DNA of 41,319 nt from Limnoglobus sp. GTDB lineage: Bacteria; Planctomycetota; Planctomycetia; Gemmatales; Gemmataceae. Positions 7,563-23,017 of this stretch are shown here, piece after piece. Under the pieces are notes generated by a model. The model was given only the letters and a program-made list of their open reading frames with translations. It was not told the DNA's origin and ran no database searches. Position numbers and translations under genes: made by a program. The stretch is taken from assembly GCA_041736785.1 (NCBI GenBank), contig JBGSSZ010000674.1, forward strand, positions 1 through 41,319. The letters run 5' to 3'. Positions within the stretch are counted from its first letter, which is position 1, and every line of letters starts with the position of its first letter.

Positions 7563-8479
7563 TACCAGTACTCTTCGAAGTGGATGTTGCCTTTGACCTT
7601 AGCGGCGGCCTGATCGGCCGTGAAGCCACGCCGCTCGAGCAACTCGATGACGCCGGGCGGTTGAGGGAACACGCGAGCCCCTGTCGTCTTGTCCTTGTCC
7701 GGCACGCCGATCATCTTCGGGTTGCCGCACAGGTAAATGTGCGTGCGTTCCGGCTTGAGGACGCAGTCGAACTCACCGCTCGACACGAGGTCCTGAATGT
7801 AGGTCTTGCGACCGCCGTGGGTCTCGCGTGTGGTCAGTGGCAAGTAGGTGTAGTTTGGGAACCGCTCCATCAACCGTTCGTGTACGGCGAGGTAGCCGAG
7901 GTCCTGCTTGAGCCGGACGCAGCAGGCATGGAGAATTCGGCCGGCGTGGCCGCGAGTCAGCAGTTCGGCGATCATCGCATTGTGCGGTGCCTCGCCGGTG
8001 CCGGTGCCGAAGAAAGCCACCGTGTCGCGGTCGTGAACGGGATCGAGGGTGTAGTGCCCAGTAAATTTTTCGTGCATGTTCAGTCGCGAACCCGGCTCAA
8101 GTACGAAGAGTCGCGGTGTCAACGCCGGCACGCGACCGTCGGGGTTGGCCCGCACCAGCACGATGTAGAATTCCATCCAGTCGTCGGTCGCCATGTCGCG
8201 GAGGACACCGGGCGAGGACTCGATCGAACTGCTGACGGAATACGCCCGTTTGACGATGCGACGGCGGTCATCGTCAGTGAGCGATTCATTCTGGCATTCG
8301 GGGACGCGGGCTTCCCAGTAGCCGAGGCCCAACGAGCAGTACTGCCCGGCCTTGTAGGCGGGTCGCGGAAAGTCGGGCCGCACGCGGAGGATCATCAAGT
8401 CGGAGTGAATACGGTCAACGGAAACGACCGTCGCGTTGTAGCGGGCTTCGCGAAGTTGTGCAATCTCTTCAGGATTCAT
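7562..8479 (-). CDS. fpr: Ferredoxin/flavodoxin-NADP+ reductase (bacterial Fpr type)
   Basis: FAD motif KRAYSVSS, NADP motif FFGTGTGEAPHNAM, YLCGNPKMI, and a C-terminal ..EEYW resembling the E. coli Fpr terminus. I chose ATG 8479 (MNPEEIAQLREARYNATVV) because the longer track ORF (to 8572) would overlap the vWA gene 3' end. Its stop overlaps the kinase ATG (TAATG, 7560-7564). Confidence 0.85.
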   Translation of the reverse strand: MNPEEIAQLREARYNATVVSVDRIHSDLMILRVRPDFPRPAYKAGQYCSLGLGYWEARVPECQNESLTDDDRRRIVKRAYSVSSSIESSPGVLRDMATDDWMEFYIVLVRANPDGRVPALTPRLFVLEPGSRLNMHEKFTGHYTLDPVHDRDTVAFFGTGTGEAPHNAMIAELLTRGHAGRILHACCVRLKQDLGYLAVHERLMERFPNYTYLPLTTRETHGGRKTYIQDLVSSGEFDCVLKPERTHIYLCGNPKMIGVPDKDKTTGARVFPQPPGVIELLERRGFTADQAAAKVKGNIHFEEYW

Positions 8480-8494
8480 CGTGGAATTGTATAA

Positions 8495-8522
8495 GTCTCC
8501 GCAGACTTGAGCCTGCGGAGAC
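8495..8522 (-). terminator. Perfect 10-bp GC-rich hairpin between the VIT-vWA gene and fpr (terminator-like or intercistronic stabiliser)
   Basis: gtctccgcag (8495-8504) / ctgcggagac (8513-8522) with an 8-nt loop. On the minus strand it is followed by uuauacaauu, which is only a weak U-tract. The hairpin ends 15 nt before the fpr ATG. Confidence 0.4.
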
Positions 8523-8540
8523 GCCGATCTCAGCATGGGA

Positions 8541-10949
8541 CTATCGTGAGGCAAACAGCTTTTCGATTTCACTGTCGCCGATTGTGGTCTTGCCTTGACT
8601 GGCGTCGATCACGAGAGCGGTGCCGTTTGGCGTCATCCAAACCACATGATTGCCAAGGACATACACATCTTTCAGTTCGGGGTGCAGGTCCAGCAGTTTG
8701 AAGTACGCGTCACTCTGGGCCTTCACCGTGCAGGTCGGCGTTTTCGCTGTGAAGCGATCGTCGATCCACATCCCGCCGAACTCCACGCAGTTGCGCCCCT
8801 GCACAGCGCGATTTGCGGTCACGGAGAGCTTGTCCTGGTTGCGGAGTTGGTTGCACGCCAGTGCAAGGTCTACGCCGAGGCAGCCGGCCTGATTCGCCTG
8901 GAGGTCGCCCAAGCGATAGTTGTCTGCAACCTTTTTGTTGTCGGTGGCATCCTTGGCTGCTTTCGCCAGAGCACCGGCGTAGGCACCGCCGCGATCCTCG
9001 GGTTTCAGGGCTCTCAGTGCTTCCGCGATTTGTTTTTCCTGCACCGCTCCGCGGGCAGCCGCGATTCCCCCCGGGGTCGCTGTTTCGCCTGCGATAATCT
9101 GAGCGGCTCGCGCGGTCGATTCAATCGGCGGGATCGGGAGTCGCGTGAACCCACCGCCGAAGCCGGGACTTGCATTCTGCTCGAGGTTCGGCATTGCCCC
9201 GCGGCGGCGATCATAGGTCGGCATTGGGCTGTCTGGCACGACCAGATAGCTCGTGTACGGCGTGGCAATTCCGTACTGTTTCGCAAGCTTGGTGACTTCC
9301 TCAACGAGTTCATACTTCTCGCCGTTGATGCGGATCTGATCGAGGATGTAGCCGACTTTGCGGCGGGCCCAGAGATGCTCAACAAACTTCTTGCCGTCGC
9401 GCGTCCGCTCCGGGAACGATTGCTCGTAGATGAATTCTTTCGAGTCGCTGCCGACCTGACCTTTCAGTCGAATGGCGGAAGGCCCCTTCCCCGAATACCG
9501 GCCCATCACCACGAGTTGACCGCCGAAAAAGAGATCCGGAATGCGGGCGGGATAGATCTCGTGCAGCTTTACATTCGTGGCGGTCAACTTGATGTTGGTC
9601 AGCACCGGTTGGCTGATCTTGTCGTGCAGGCTGCTGACCTTCACCTCAATGTCTTCGTTCGGCCGCACGTAAGTCGTCACCGCTTTGGTCACGTCGGCGA
9701 GTTGATCGAGCATGGCTGCGTTGACATCATCGCCAACGCCGAAGGTGAAAATCCGCGTGCTGCTATTGTTCCGCGAGGTGATTGCTTCGACGATTTTGAC
9801 AGGATCAGTTTCGTCGACCGTCGGCATGCCGTCCGTGAAGAATGCCACCGTGAAGGGGCGTGTTGCGTTCGACGTGCTGAAATCGAGTGCGCGATTCAGA
9901 GCAGGCAGGATGGCCGTGCCCCCGCTCTGGCGGAGATCATCGACCCACTTATTGGCAAGCTCCACGTTGTCGCGTGTGTTGTCGCAGAGATCGTCCTTGA
10001 ACGTCCGCACCGTCGTCGCGAAGTTCACCAAGGCAAACCGGTCCTCTTTGCCGAGGTGAGCGAGGCAGTACTTCAATGCCTTGCGGGCCTGGGTCAGTTT
10101 GACGTCGCTCATGCTGCCGCTGGTGTCGAGGACCAGCACCAGATCGCGTGCCACGCGGACGTTCTTCGCAGCTTCGATTTCGGGGGAGATCAGGAACATG
10201 AAGTAGCCGTCTTCGCTGCCAACGGGGCGGTAGACGATCGAATTCAGACCGATCTCGCGATCACTGGTGCCGTAGTAGAGCAGGAAGTCCTTGTCGAGCA
10301 GCGACTGATTCTTTTCGAAGCCGATGGTAGCCGAGTGACTGCCGTGGCGGGCGATGTCAATGTTGTGCGTTGGGCTGTAAATCGATGCGATCGCCTGCTG
10401 CGATTTGAGTTGGATCTTTACGGAGAAATCTTCGAGTGTCCGGGTGGCCTTGCCGCTGGTCCGCAGCGGATAAGTGTATTCGACCAGACCGTGATCTTTG
10501 ACAGCGAGTGCGGTGAAGCGGATCTTCACTTTGACATCGCCGCGCGGCGGGACGGGAAAGACTTTCATCTGCAGCAGGTCAGAGCCGACATATTCGAGCA
10601 GGCCCGGATCGAGCGTACGTCGGACGATGTCTGTGTAGATCTTTTTCGCCTTCTTCGCGTCGAGCAGTTCGCCAGTGGTTTCGCGACCGTCGATCCACAT
10701 CACAAACTTGTCGACACTCGCGCCCTTGGGGACGGGGAAGAGATAAGTTGCTTCAAGCGGTCGACTGGTGTGGTTGCGGAAGATTTGCTCGACATACGTC
10801 ACGCCGACCTGATCGTCGATTGTCGCATCGACGCGGTGGCTCACCATCGCCAGCGGCGGGACATGGCGATCCTCCGGCACGACGAGGCCGGCCGCGGAGA
10901 GTGACCCCGAGAAAAACACGAACGCGGCGAATGCAGGACAATAACGCAT
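8541..10949 (-). CDS. Secreted VIT-domain plus von Willebrand factor A-domain protein (802 aa)
   Basis: Signal peptide MRYCPAFAAFVFFSGSLSAAG. VIT-like block (VDATIDDQVGVTYVEQIFRNHTSRPLEATYLFPVPKGASVDKFVMWIDGRE). vWA MIDAS motif (LVLVLDTSGSMS) with downstream GGTAI and FFTDGMPT. AGAGGG lies upstream of the ATG. Confidence 0.9.
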   Translation of the reverse strand: MRYCPAFAAFVFFSGSLSAAGLVVPEDRHVPPLAMVSHRVDATIDDQVGVTYVEQIFRNHTSRPLEATYLFPVPKGASVDKFVMWIDGRETTGELLDAKKAKKIYTDIVRRTLDPGLLEYVGSDLLQMKVFPVPPRGDVKVKIRFTALAVKDHGLVEYTYPLRTSGKATRTLEDFSVKIQLKSQQAIASIYSPTHNIDIARHGSHSATIGFEKNQSLLDKDFLLYYGTSDREIGLNSIVYRPVGSEDGYFMFLISPEIEAAKNVRVARDLVLVLDTSGSMSDVKLTQARKALKYCLAHLGKEDRFALVNFATTVRTFKDDLCDNTRDNVELANKWVDDLRQSGGTAILPALNRALDFSTSNATRPFTVAFFTDGMPTVDETDPVKIVEAITSRNNSSTRIFTFGVGDDVNAAMLDQLADVTKAVTTYVRPNEDIEVKVSSLHDKISQPVLTNIKLTATNVKLHEIYPARIPDLFFGGQLVVMGRYSGKGPSAIRLKGQVGSDSKEFIYEQSFPERTRDGKKFVEHLWARRKVGYILDQIRINGEKYELVEEVTKLAKQYGIATPYTSYLVVPDSPMPTYDRRRGAMPNLEQNASPGFGGGFTRLPIPPIESTARAAQIIAGETATPGGIAAARGAVQEKQIAEALRALKPEDRGGAYAGALAKAAKDATDNKKVADNYRLGDLQANQAGCLGVDLALACNQLRNQDKLSVTANRAVQGRNCVEFGGMWIDDRFTAKTPTCTVKAQSDAYFKLLDLHPELKDVYVLGNHVVWMTPNGTALVIDASQGKTTIGDSEIEKLFASR

Positions 10950-10992
10950 GACAAGCCCTCTGGAGATGCAATCAGCATCTTACCCCTCTCAT

Positions 10993-11017
10993 GACGTGTA
11001 AACGCGAGACTTGTTAA
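10993..11017 (-). promoter_or_regulatory. Putative ECF-type promoter (TTAAC-N16-CGTC) upstream of the VIT-vWA gene
   Basis: The minus strand reads TTAAC aagtctcgcgtttaca CGTC. The AAC-N16-CGTC geometry is the same as the stronger motif upstream of the ECF sigma gene. It lies about 44 nt upstream of ATG 10949, and a 6-bp hairpin (agatgc/gcatct, 10964-10980) sits in the predicted leader. Confidence 0.3.
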
Positions 11018-11050
11018 TCGAACTGTTACTACCGCGTTACGTGCAGCGGC

Positions 11051-12265
11051 TCAATGCAGAATCACTTCCAAAGCGACCGTGCCTGGCTTGCGGTCGCCGC
11101 GACGATCCAACCAGGCTTTGATGTCCCGCGAATAGTTGGGGTTTACGCGGGACTTCTGCGGCAGGTAGCTCACCAGAATCGCGGATTTGTCCTTCTGCAG
11201 GCTCGACGAAATCTCAGCCAGAGTCCCATCGCTCAGCGGTTTGGCCGGGTTCGCTTTCGTGGTTTTCAGCTTGCGTTGTTCAATGCCCAACAGATCCTTC
11301 AGATCCTTGGCGTCGTGCGAGGACGTGCCGGGGATGTGCAATGATTGATAAACGGTCTGAGTAGGGTTCGCGGTCGCCGGTTTCGCGTCCGCCGCAGCGA
11401 GTCGCAGGAGCCAGGTTGTGATCTCCTCCGGCGTGAGGCTCTCGCTGTAGAGCAGCCACGTCGTAGGAATGCGACGTCGCAGTCGCTCTTGGGCGACGCG
11501 ATCGATGATCACGTGCACTCCGGTAGCCCGGCCCGTGGCAATGAGCAACTCAGCAGCTTTCAGTGGGTCGCGGCTAAACAAGTCCACGCGGACGGTAGGC
11601 GACTTCGAGAGTTCGAGCGTCAGTCGTTTCTTGACCTCGTCGCGATTCAAGTCTTGGAATTCCGCCAGCAGCGGCAACTTCACCTGCACGGCGTCCAGCT
11701 TCGGCAATGGAATGAACGGAGCGCCATAGACCTCACGCGGGCGATCCGGGGCTACACGGGGCACCGGTGCGACCTCAGGATCCACGACCACCACATCGTC
11801 GGGATAATCAAAGAGTGGAATGCGGCTGACCACTTCCGGCGAGACATCGAGAATCATCGGCTCAGTCGGCTCGACATGAGGGAGTGACTGGACCTGAGCC
11901 TGCGCCAGACCTCGATGCTGATTCGCCTGCACGCCGTACCAGACGCCGAGCCCTGCGAGCATCGCCACCGAAGCGGCGACAGCAAACGGTAGCAAGCGAC
12001 GCTTCTGCGGCACCCTCGATACGCTGGGGAGCGTGGACCACGGCTCCACCTCCGCAATCCTTGCCATCACCGCAGGCAGTACACTCGCGGGGGCCGAGTG
12101 TTGTGGCAATTCTGCAATCTTCGAACGCTCACGCCGCAATGCTCGCTGGAGACGGCGGGCGTCGCTGGATTGCTTCAGCAGCAGATGCAAACGTTCATGC
12201 TGGCGTGGATCGAGCGATCCATCGACAGAGGCGGCAATCAGAATTCGGTCGTTCGCGGTCAGCAT
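11051..12265 (-). CDS. Putative anti-sigma factor (single-pass membrane protein, 404 aa)
   Basis: It overlaps the 3' end of the ECF sigma gene by 7 nt. It has an N-terminal helical anti-sigma-like segment (no Zn-binding HxxxCxxC), one TM helix (LLPFAVAASVAMLAGLGVWYGV) and a large extracytoplasmic domain. The call rests mainly on context. Confidence 0.6.
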   Translation of the reverse strand: MLTANDRILIAASVDGSLDPRQHERLHLLLKQSSDARRLQRALRRERSKIAELPQHSAPASVLPAVMARIAEVEPWSTLPSVSRVPQKRRLLPFAVAASVAMLAGLGVWYGVQANQHRGLAQAQVQSLPHVEPTEPMILDVSPEVVSRIPLFDYPDDVVVVDPEVAPVPRVAPDRPREVYGAPFIPLPKLDAVQVKLPLLAEFQDLNRDEVKKRLTLELSKSPTVRVDLFSRDPLKAAELLIATGRATGVHVIIDRVAQERLRRRIPTTWLLYSESLTPEEITTWLLRLAAADAKPATANPTQTVYQSLHIPGTSSHDAKDLKDLLGIEQRKLKTTKANPAKPLSDGTLAEISSSLQKDKSAILVSYLPQKSRVNPNYSRDIKAWLDRRGDRKPGTVALEVILH

Positions 12266-12858
12266 CGTTCCGGGAGCGTACTCCCCTCCCCTTCATGAAT
12301 TTCACTCGGTTCGTCGGTCAGCAGATCGTGCAGTTCGAGTCGGGCCCGATGGAGCCGGCTTCGGACCGTACCGATCGGCACTTCGAGAATCTCTGCAATT
12401 TCGTCGTACTTCATCCCTTCGAGGTCCTTCAGGACCAGCACCTGCCGGTGGTCGTCGCTGAGCCTAGCCATCGAGGCTTCCAGCTTGTCCTCGTCTTCGC
12501 GTCGCTCCATCGCCTCACCGGGGCGGCTGTCGCGGCGAGTATCAGCGGGCTCAGCAAGCTCCATTCCGCTGCTCTGCAAGCTCACGCGGGACCGCTGCTT
12601 TCGCCGCCAACTGATGGCAGCATTGAAGGCAATGCGGTAGAGCCAAGTGTAGAACTCCGAGTCGCCGTGGAAACTCCGCAGGTTCAGGTAGGCGTTGACA
12701 AACGCATCCTGCATCACATCCGCGGCATCTTCAGGGCGATCCACAACGCGAAGGATCGCGTTGAACAACCGGTCCTGATAGCGGCGGACTAGCTCGCCAT
12801 ACGCGGCCGACTGCCCCGAGAGAGTTTCATCGATCAGACGGCGGTCGACGGAGTTCAC
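12259..12858 (-). CDS. ECF (group IV) sigma-70 family RNA polymerase sigma factor
   Basis: Region 2 (YGELVRRYQDRLFNAILRVVDRPEDAADVMQDAFVNAYLNLRSFHGDSEFYTWLYRIAFNAAISWRRK) and region 4 (VLVLKDLEGMKYDEIAEILEVPIGTVRSRLHRARLEL). GTG start. Confidence 0.9.
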   Translation of the reverse strand: MNSVDRRLIDETLSGQSAAYGELVRRYQDRLFNAILRVVDRPEDAADVMQDAFVNAYLNLRSFHGDSEFYTWLYRIAFNAAISWRRKQRSRVSLQSSGMELAEPADTRRDSRPGEAMERREDEDKLEASMARLSDDHRQVLVLKDLEGMKYDEIAEILEVPIGTVRSRLHRARLELHDLLTDEPSEIHEGEGSTLPERC

Positions 12859-12872
12859 GGCGTTATCACTCT

Positions 12873-12897
12873 GACGCTCGCTGCAGGGAAGAGTTCC
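12873..12897 (-). promoter_or_regulatory. ECF-type autoregulatory promoter GGAAC-N16-CGTC
   Basis: The minus strand reads GGAAC tcttccctgcagcgag CGTC, and the CGTC ends 14 nt upstream of the sigma-factor GTG start. This matches the canonical ECF -35/-10 consensus and spacing. Confidence 0.5.
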
Positions 12898-12955
12898 GCG
12901 ACTGATCCGAATTCAGGTTATCACATGCAATCGCCGTGTGTGGGCATTCCGGGCA

Positions 12956-12985
12956 TTGGGTCTCCCCGACCCGGCTGACTATACT
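12956..12985 (+). promoter_or_regulatory. Possible sigma-70-like promoter for the UvrA fusion gene (TTGGGT-N18-TATACT)
   Basis: TTGGGT (12956-12961) and TATACT (12980-12985) lie about 42 nt upstream of ATG 13028. This is pattern matching only. Confidence 0.3.
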
Positions 12986-13027
12986 CACAAATGTACCGTA
13001 GATGCGCTCGGAGGCGACCTGCTTCAC

Positions 13028-19902
<6,875 letters not shown>

Positions 19903-19906
<4 letters not shown>

Positions 19907-22401
19907 CGCACCGTTGGGAACTCCAGCCGGTTCAAAAATAGCAGCGAGCGGTCGCCGGTCTTGTAAAGCTGCTCCAGCATGAGTTCAATGTCGGGTTTCA
20001 GGACTTTCGCCCGGTAGCCATTCGGAACGGTGCCGTTGATGGAAACGCGGATCGGTTTCGACCAGTCGATCATGTTGCGGTCGAGCCAGATGATGACGTT
20101 TTGCGTGCCGCGTGTTCGGAGCACGATGTGATTGCCCTGCCGGATGTCGGCGCTGATCTCGGCGGGGGTGAAGCTCTTGCCGCCGCGTTGTTCGAGTGTG
20201 CTGTACTTGTCGAGTTTATCGCTGCCGACCCAGTAGAAGCGGTCGTCGGCGTCGCGCATGCTGATCCAGGGTTCGACGGGTTCATTGAGCCGCAGGACCG
20301 CTGTACCGTTGACGCGTTTCTTTGGGCTCATCCAGTCAAACATGGTCGGCACTTCCCCGGCGAACCACTCCGCAGCCCGGCCGCGATAGATTACGCCGAT
20401 GGCGGGATAGCCCTTCGGCATCCAGTCCTCGAAGCATCGACGGAGGTTGCTGAACGAATCCCCGGCGATCGAGCCGATGCAGGCATAGAGGGGCAACTTC
20501 TGCATATTCCGCCAGTAGTGCATGAACATGTTGAAGTGCTTCGGATTCGGTGCCATGGCGACGACGCCGGCGAAGAGATCGGGATGCGACGCGCCGAGGT
20601 CCATGGCGAAATTGGCCCCCTCGTTGTAACCGAAGAGGAATACGCGGTCGTTGTCGATGCGGAAGTGCTTGAGTGCGTCGCGCAGCACGCCCCGGGCCAT
20701 GTAGTGTTGATCCCCGCTCCAATCGTAGGCTTGATCCCATTCATTGACCCACTGCGGCGCGACGACAATGCAGCCGTGGCGGTCGGCTTCAGCGCCGAGG
20801 TAGCGGATCATCTCATCGGCGGGAAGCGAGTGATGCGTGAGGGCCAGGATCAGTCGGGCCGGGCGGCCGTGATGGTATTCGCTCGGCAGTCGTACGACGT
20901 AATCGACGCCATTCGCCGTCTCCCGCAGCGGCCCCGTGTTGCGGCGGTAGATGCCTGGCTGCACCTGCACTCCAAAGCGCTTCTCAAGATTTTCCGGCTC
21001 GGGTGGCGGCAGGTAGCCAATGATCTGAGCTATCTCTTCGGGAGGGAGTGGAGCACCGCCTGCGATGAGGTTCGCGTAGAGTTCGCGGCGATTATTGATA
21101 GTCGGTTCCACCTGATAAGCAAGCAGCATGTCGCGCCATTTCCAATAGCGGATCGCTGTGTCGACATTCTGCTCCGCACCATTGCGGCCTTTGATCCAGC
21201 CCGTCATCGCCAAGGCGATGAGCTTCTCCGGCGTCGTGCCGGGATCTTCACCGTTGAGGATGCGACGCTCCGCCTGCTCCGCGAGGCTGAGGAAGAAATC
21301 GATACGCTCGACGGTGTCGGGGTGGATCTCTGCCAGGACCTGTTCGCCTGCGGCGAGGAGCGTGGTCTGTTCGGGAGTCAGCACCGGTGCACGCGAACCG
21401 AGTGCGTAGCCGCCGCCTAGGGCACCGATGGATTCGCTGGGCGTCCCGCCGGTCAGGCGATCGAGTGTGGCTCGCAGAAGCTTGCGACCCTTGGCAAAGC
21501 GCGGCTCGACGATCTCCACCTGAGCCTTCATGGTTGCAAAGAGCTTGGCATCGCTGGAGTCGGCGGTCTTCTCGTCGAACAGATTGATAAGTTCGCCCGC
21601 GGTCTGATAGCGTCCCGATTTGACTGCTTTCTCAAGCTCCACTGTCAGTCGTGCTGTCTTGGCTTTCTGAATCTCGGCTGTCAGCTTCTCGGCCCGCTCA
21701 TTGACTTCTTTGGCCCACACACCCGGCACGTCAATCCGGGCTTTGTCAATTTCCTTGAGTGCGACATCGAACCAGCCGGCGTCTTTCATGAACTGGGCAA
21801 TGTCCAGACGCTTGTCGGCATCAGGGGGACCGTTTTCCTGATTGTTGTCCGGATGCGTGGCAATCATCTTGCGGATGAGTTGGGGATCAAATTCGCGGGT
21901 GTCATGGAAAGGATACCAGAGATAGTTCGCCGAAGGCATCACGATCCGCGTCGGGCTCACGGAGTGAACACGCTGTTCAATCTCGGCGAAGCTCTTGTTA
22001 ATCGGAATGTCGACGCGGATGATACGGATCCATTTGTCGTTCCACTCGCCGATTTTCACGAGGCCATTGGCCGGCAGCGGGTGTTTACCTTTGAAGATCA
22101 CGGGGCGGTCGTACATTTTGAATTCGTTTTCACCGCGGACATTTTCCAGCAGCTTCCCGACCTGCTGGGTCTTGTTGCTGAAAATGATCCACTTGGGGCC
22201 GGTCTCGATGATGTCGAACCCGCGGGCTTTCGGCACGACCACGCTGGTGCCGTTCTGCCGGTCGGTGATCATCTCCTGCTCTTTGTAGCGCCGGCCGGTG
22301 ATGCTGAAGCCATCTTTGAAGATGACCTGATCAATGGGGCCGGCGGCGGCGGCAGTGAGTGCTCCGATCGACAAAACGATCACGGCGATGACACGGTTCA
22401 T
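19903..22401 (-). CDS. Secreted 832-aa protein with a C-terminal alpha/beta-hydrolase (esterase/peptidase-like) fold
   Basis: Signal peptide MNRVIAVIVLSIGALTAAAAG. The C-terminal region (aa ~505-700) follows the esterase pattern (..RLILALTHH..HGCIVVAPQW..IDNDRVFLFGYNEGANFAMDLGASHPDLFAGVVAMAP). The N-terminal 500 aa are unrecognised. Its stop codon overlaps the uvrA stop (TTAG, 19903-19906). Confidence 0.75.
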
Positions 22402-22557
22402 GCGACTGACTCCCCGAGGTGCTACGCTACCATTGTTCGCGGGACCAACATCCGGTCAAGCGGCCCGTTGAATCCGCAGCAGCAGTATTCACAATAGCGT
22501 ACGCGGGCCGTAGACTTGCGCCAGAACGCGGCAACTCAAACAAAGTTGGAGCACGGC

Positions 22558-23004
22558 ATGCCGATTACTTTCCGATGCACCGCCTGCGATCGCATGCTCA
22601 GCATTGCACGCCGCAAAGCGGGAACGCAGGTCGGCTGTCCCAAATGCGGCAAGCAGATTCTCGTCCCGGCGACCGCCGGCGTCGCCGTCGAGTCGAATCC
22701 TGTGGCGGCACAGCAATTTGAGGCGATGCCGCTCTTCGAACGCAGCGACTTCGAGGCACTGCTCAACCCCGCCGTGAAATCGAGCGAGAAACCGAAACCC
22801 CGACACACGCCCAAACCCCAGCCCACTCCGCTGCCTGTCGCAGTCACCGACGACGACAGCGGCGAAGCCGATGTGCTGGCTGTGGATGGAATAATTGTCA
22901 CGCGCACGCGGATGATCATCGGCGGGATCATCGTCACGGTGCTGTTGGCACTCTCGTTTGCCGTCGGCTATTTTCTTGCCACTCTGCAACAGCCGACGGC
23001 TTGA
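22558..23004 (+). CDS. Zinc-ribbon protein with C-terminal TM anchor (148 aa)
   Basis: MPITFRCTACDRMLSIARRKAGTQVGCPKCGKQILVP carries CxxC..CxxC. A Pro/Lys-rich linker and a TM helix (IIGGIIVTVLLALSFAVGYFL) follow. GGAG lies 7 nt upstream of ATG 22558. Confidence 0.7.
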   Translation: MPITFRCTACDRMLSIARRKAGTQVGCPKCGKQILVPATAGVAVESNPVAAQQFEAMPLFERSDFEALLNPAVKSSEKPKPRHTPKPQPTPLPVAVTDDDSGEADVLAVDGIIVTRTRMIIGGIIVTVLLALSFAVGYFLATLQQPTA

Positions 23005-23017
23005 TGTGCGAGTCGTT

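Noticed and set aside
8595-10904. 769-aa plus-strand ORF antisense to the VIT-vWA gene. Similar long antisense ORFs occur at 34797-36461, 4605-5603, 20101-21420, 7580-8494, 11884-12792, 36556-37440 and 37611-38456.
   Set aside because: Their translations are Arg/His/Asp/Gly-rich with no motifs, which is typical of shadow ORFs in GC-rich DNA. In each case the opposite strand encodes a protein with clear domain signatures.
12942-12960. Tandem gggcatt(cc)/gggcatt(gg) direct repeat upstream of uvrA; also a search for a LexA/SOS box in 12859-13027.
   Set aside because: The repeat is short and overlaps the putative -35. No CTGT-N8-ACAG, GAAC-N4-GTTC or RGTAC-N3-DGTWC-type SOS box was evident.
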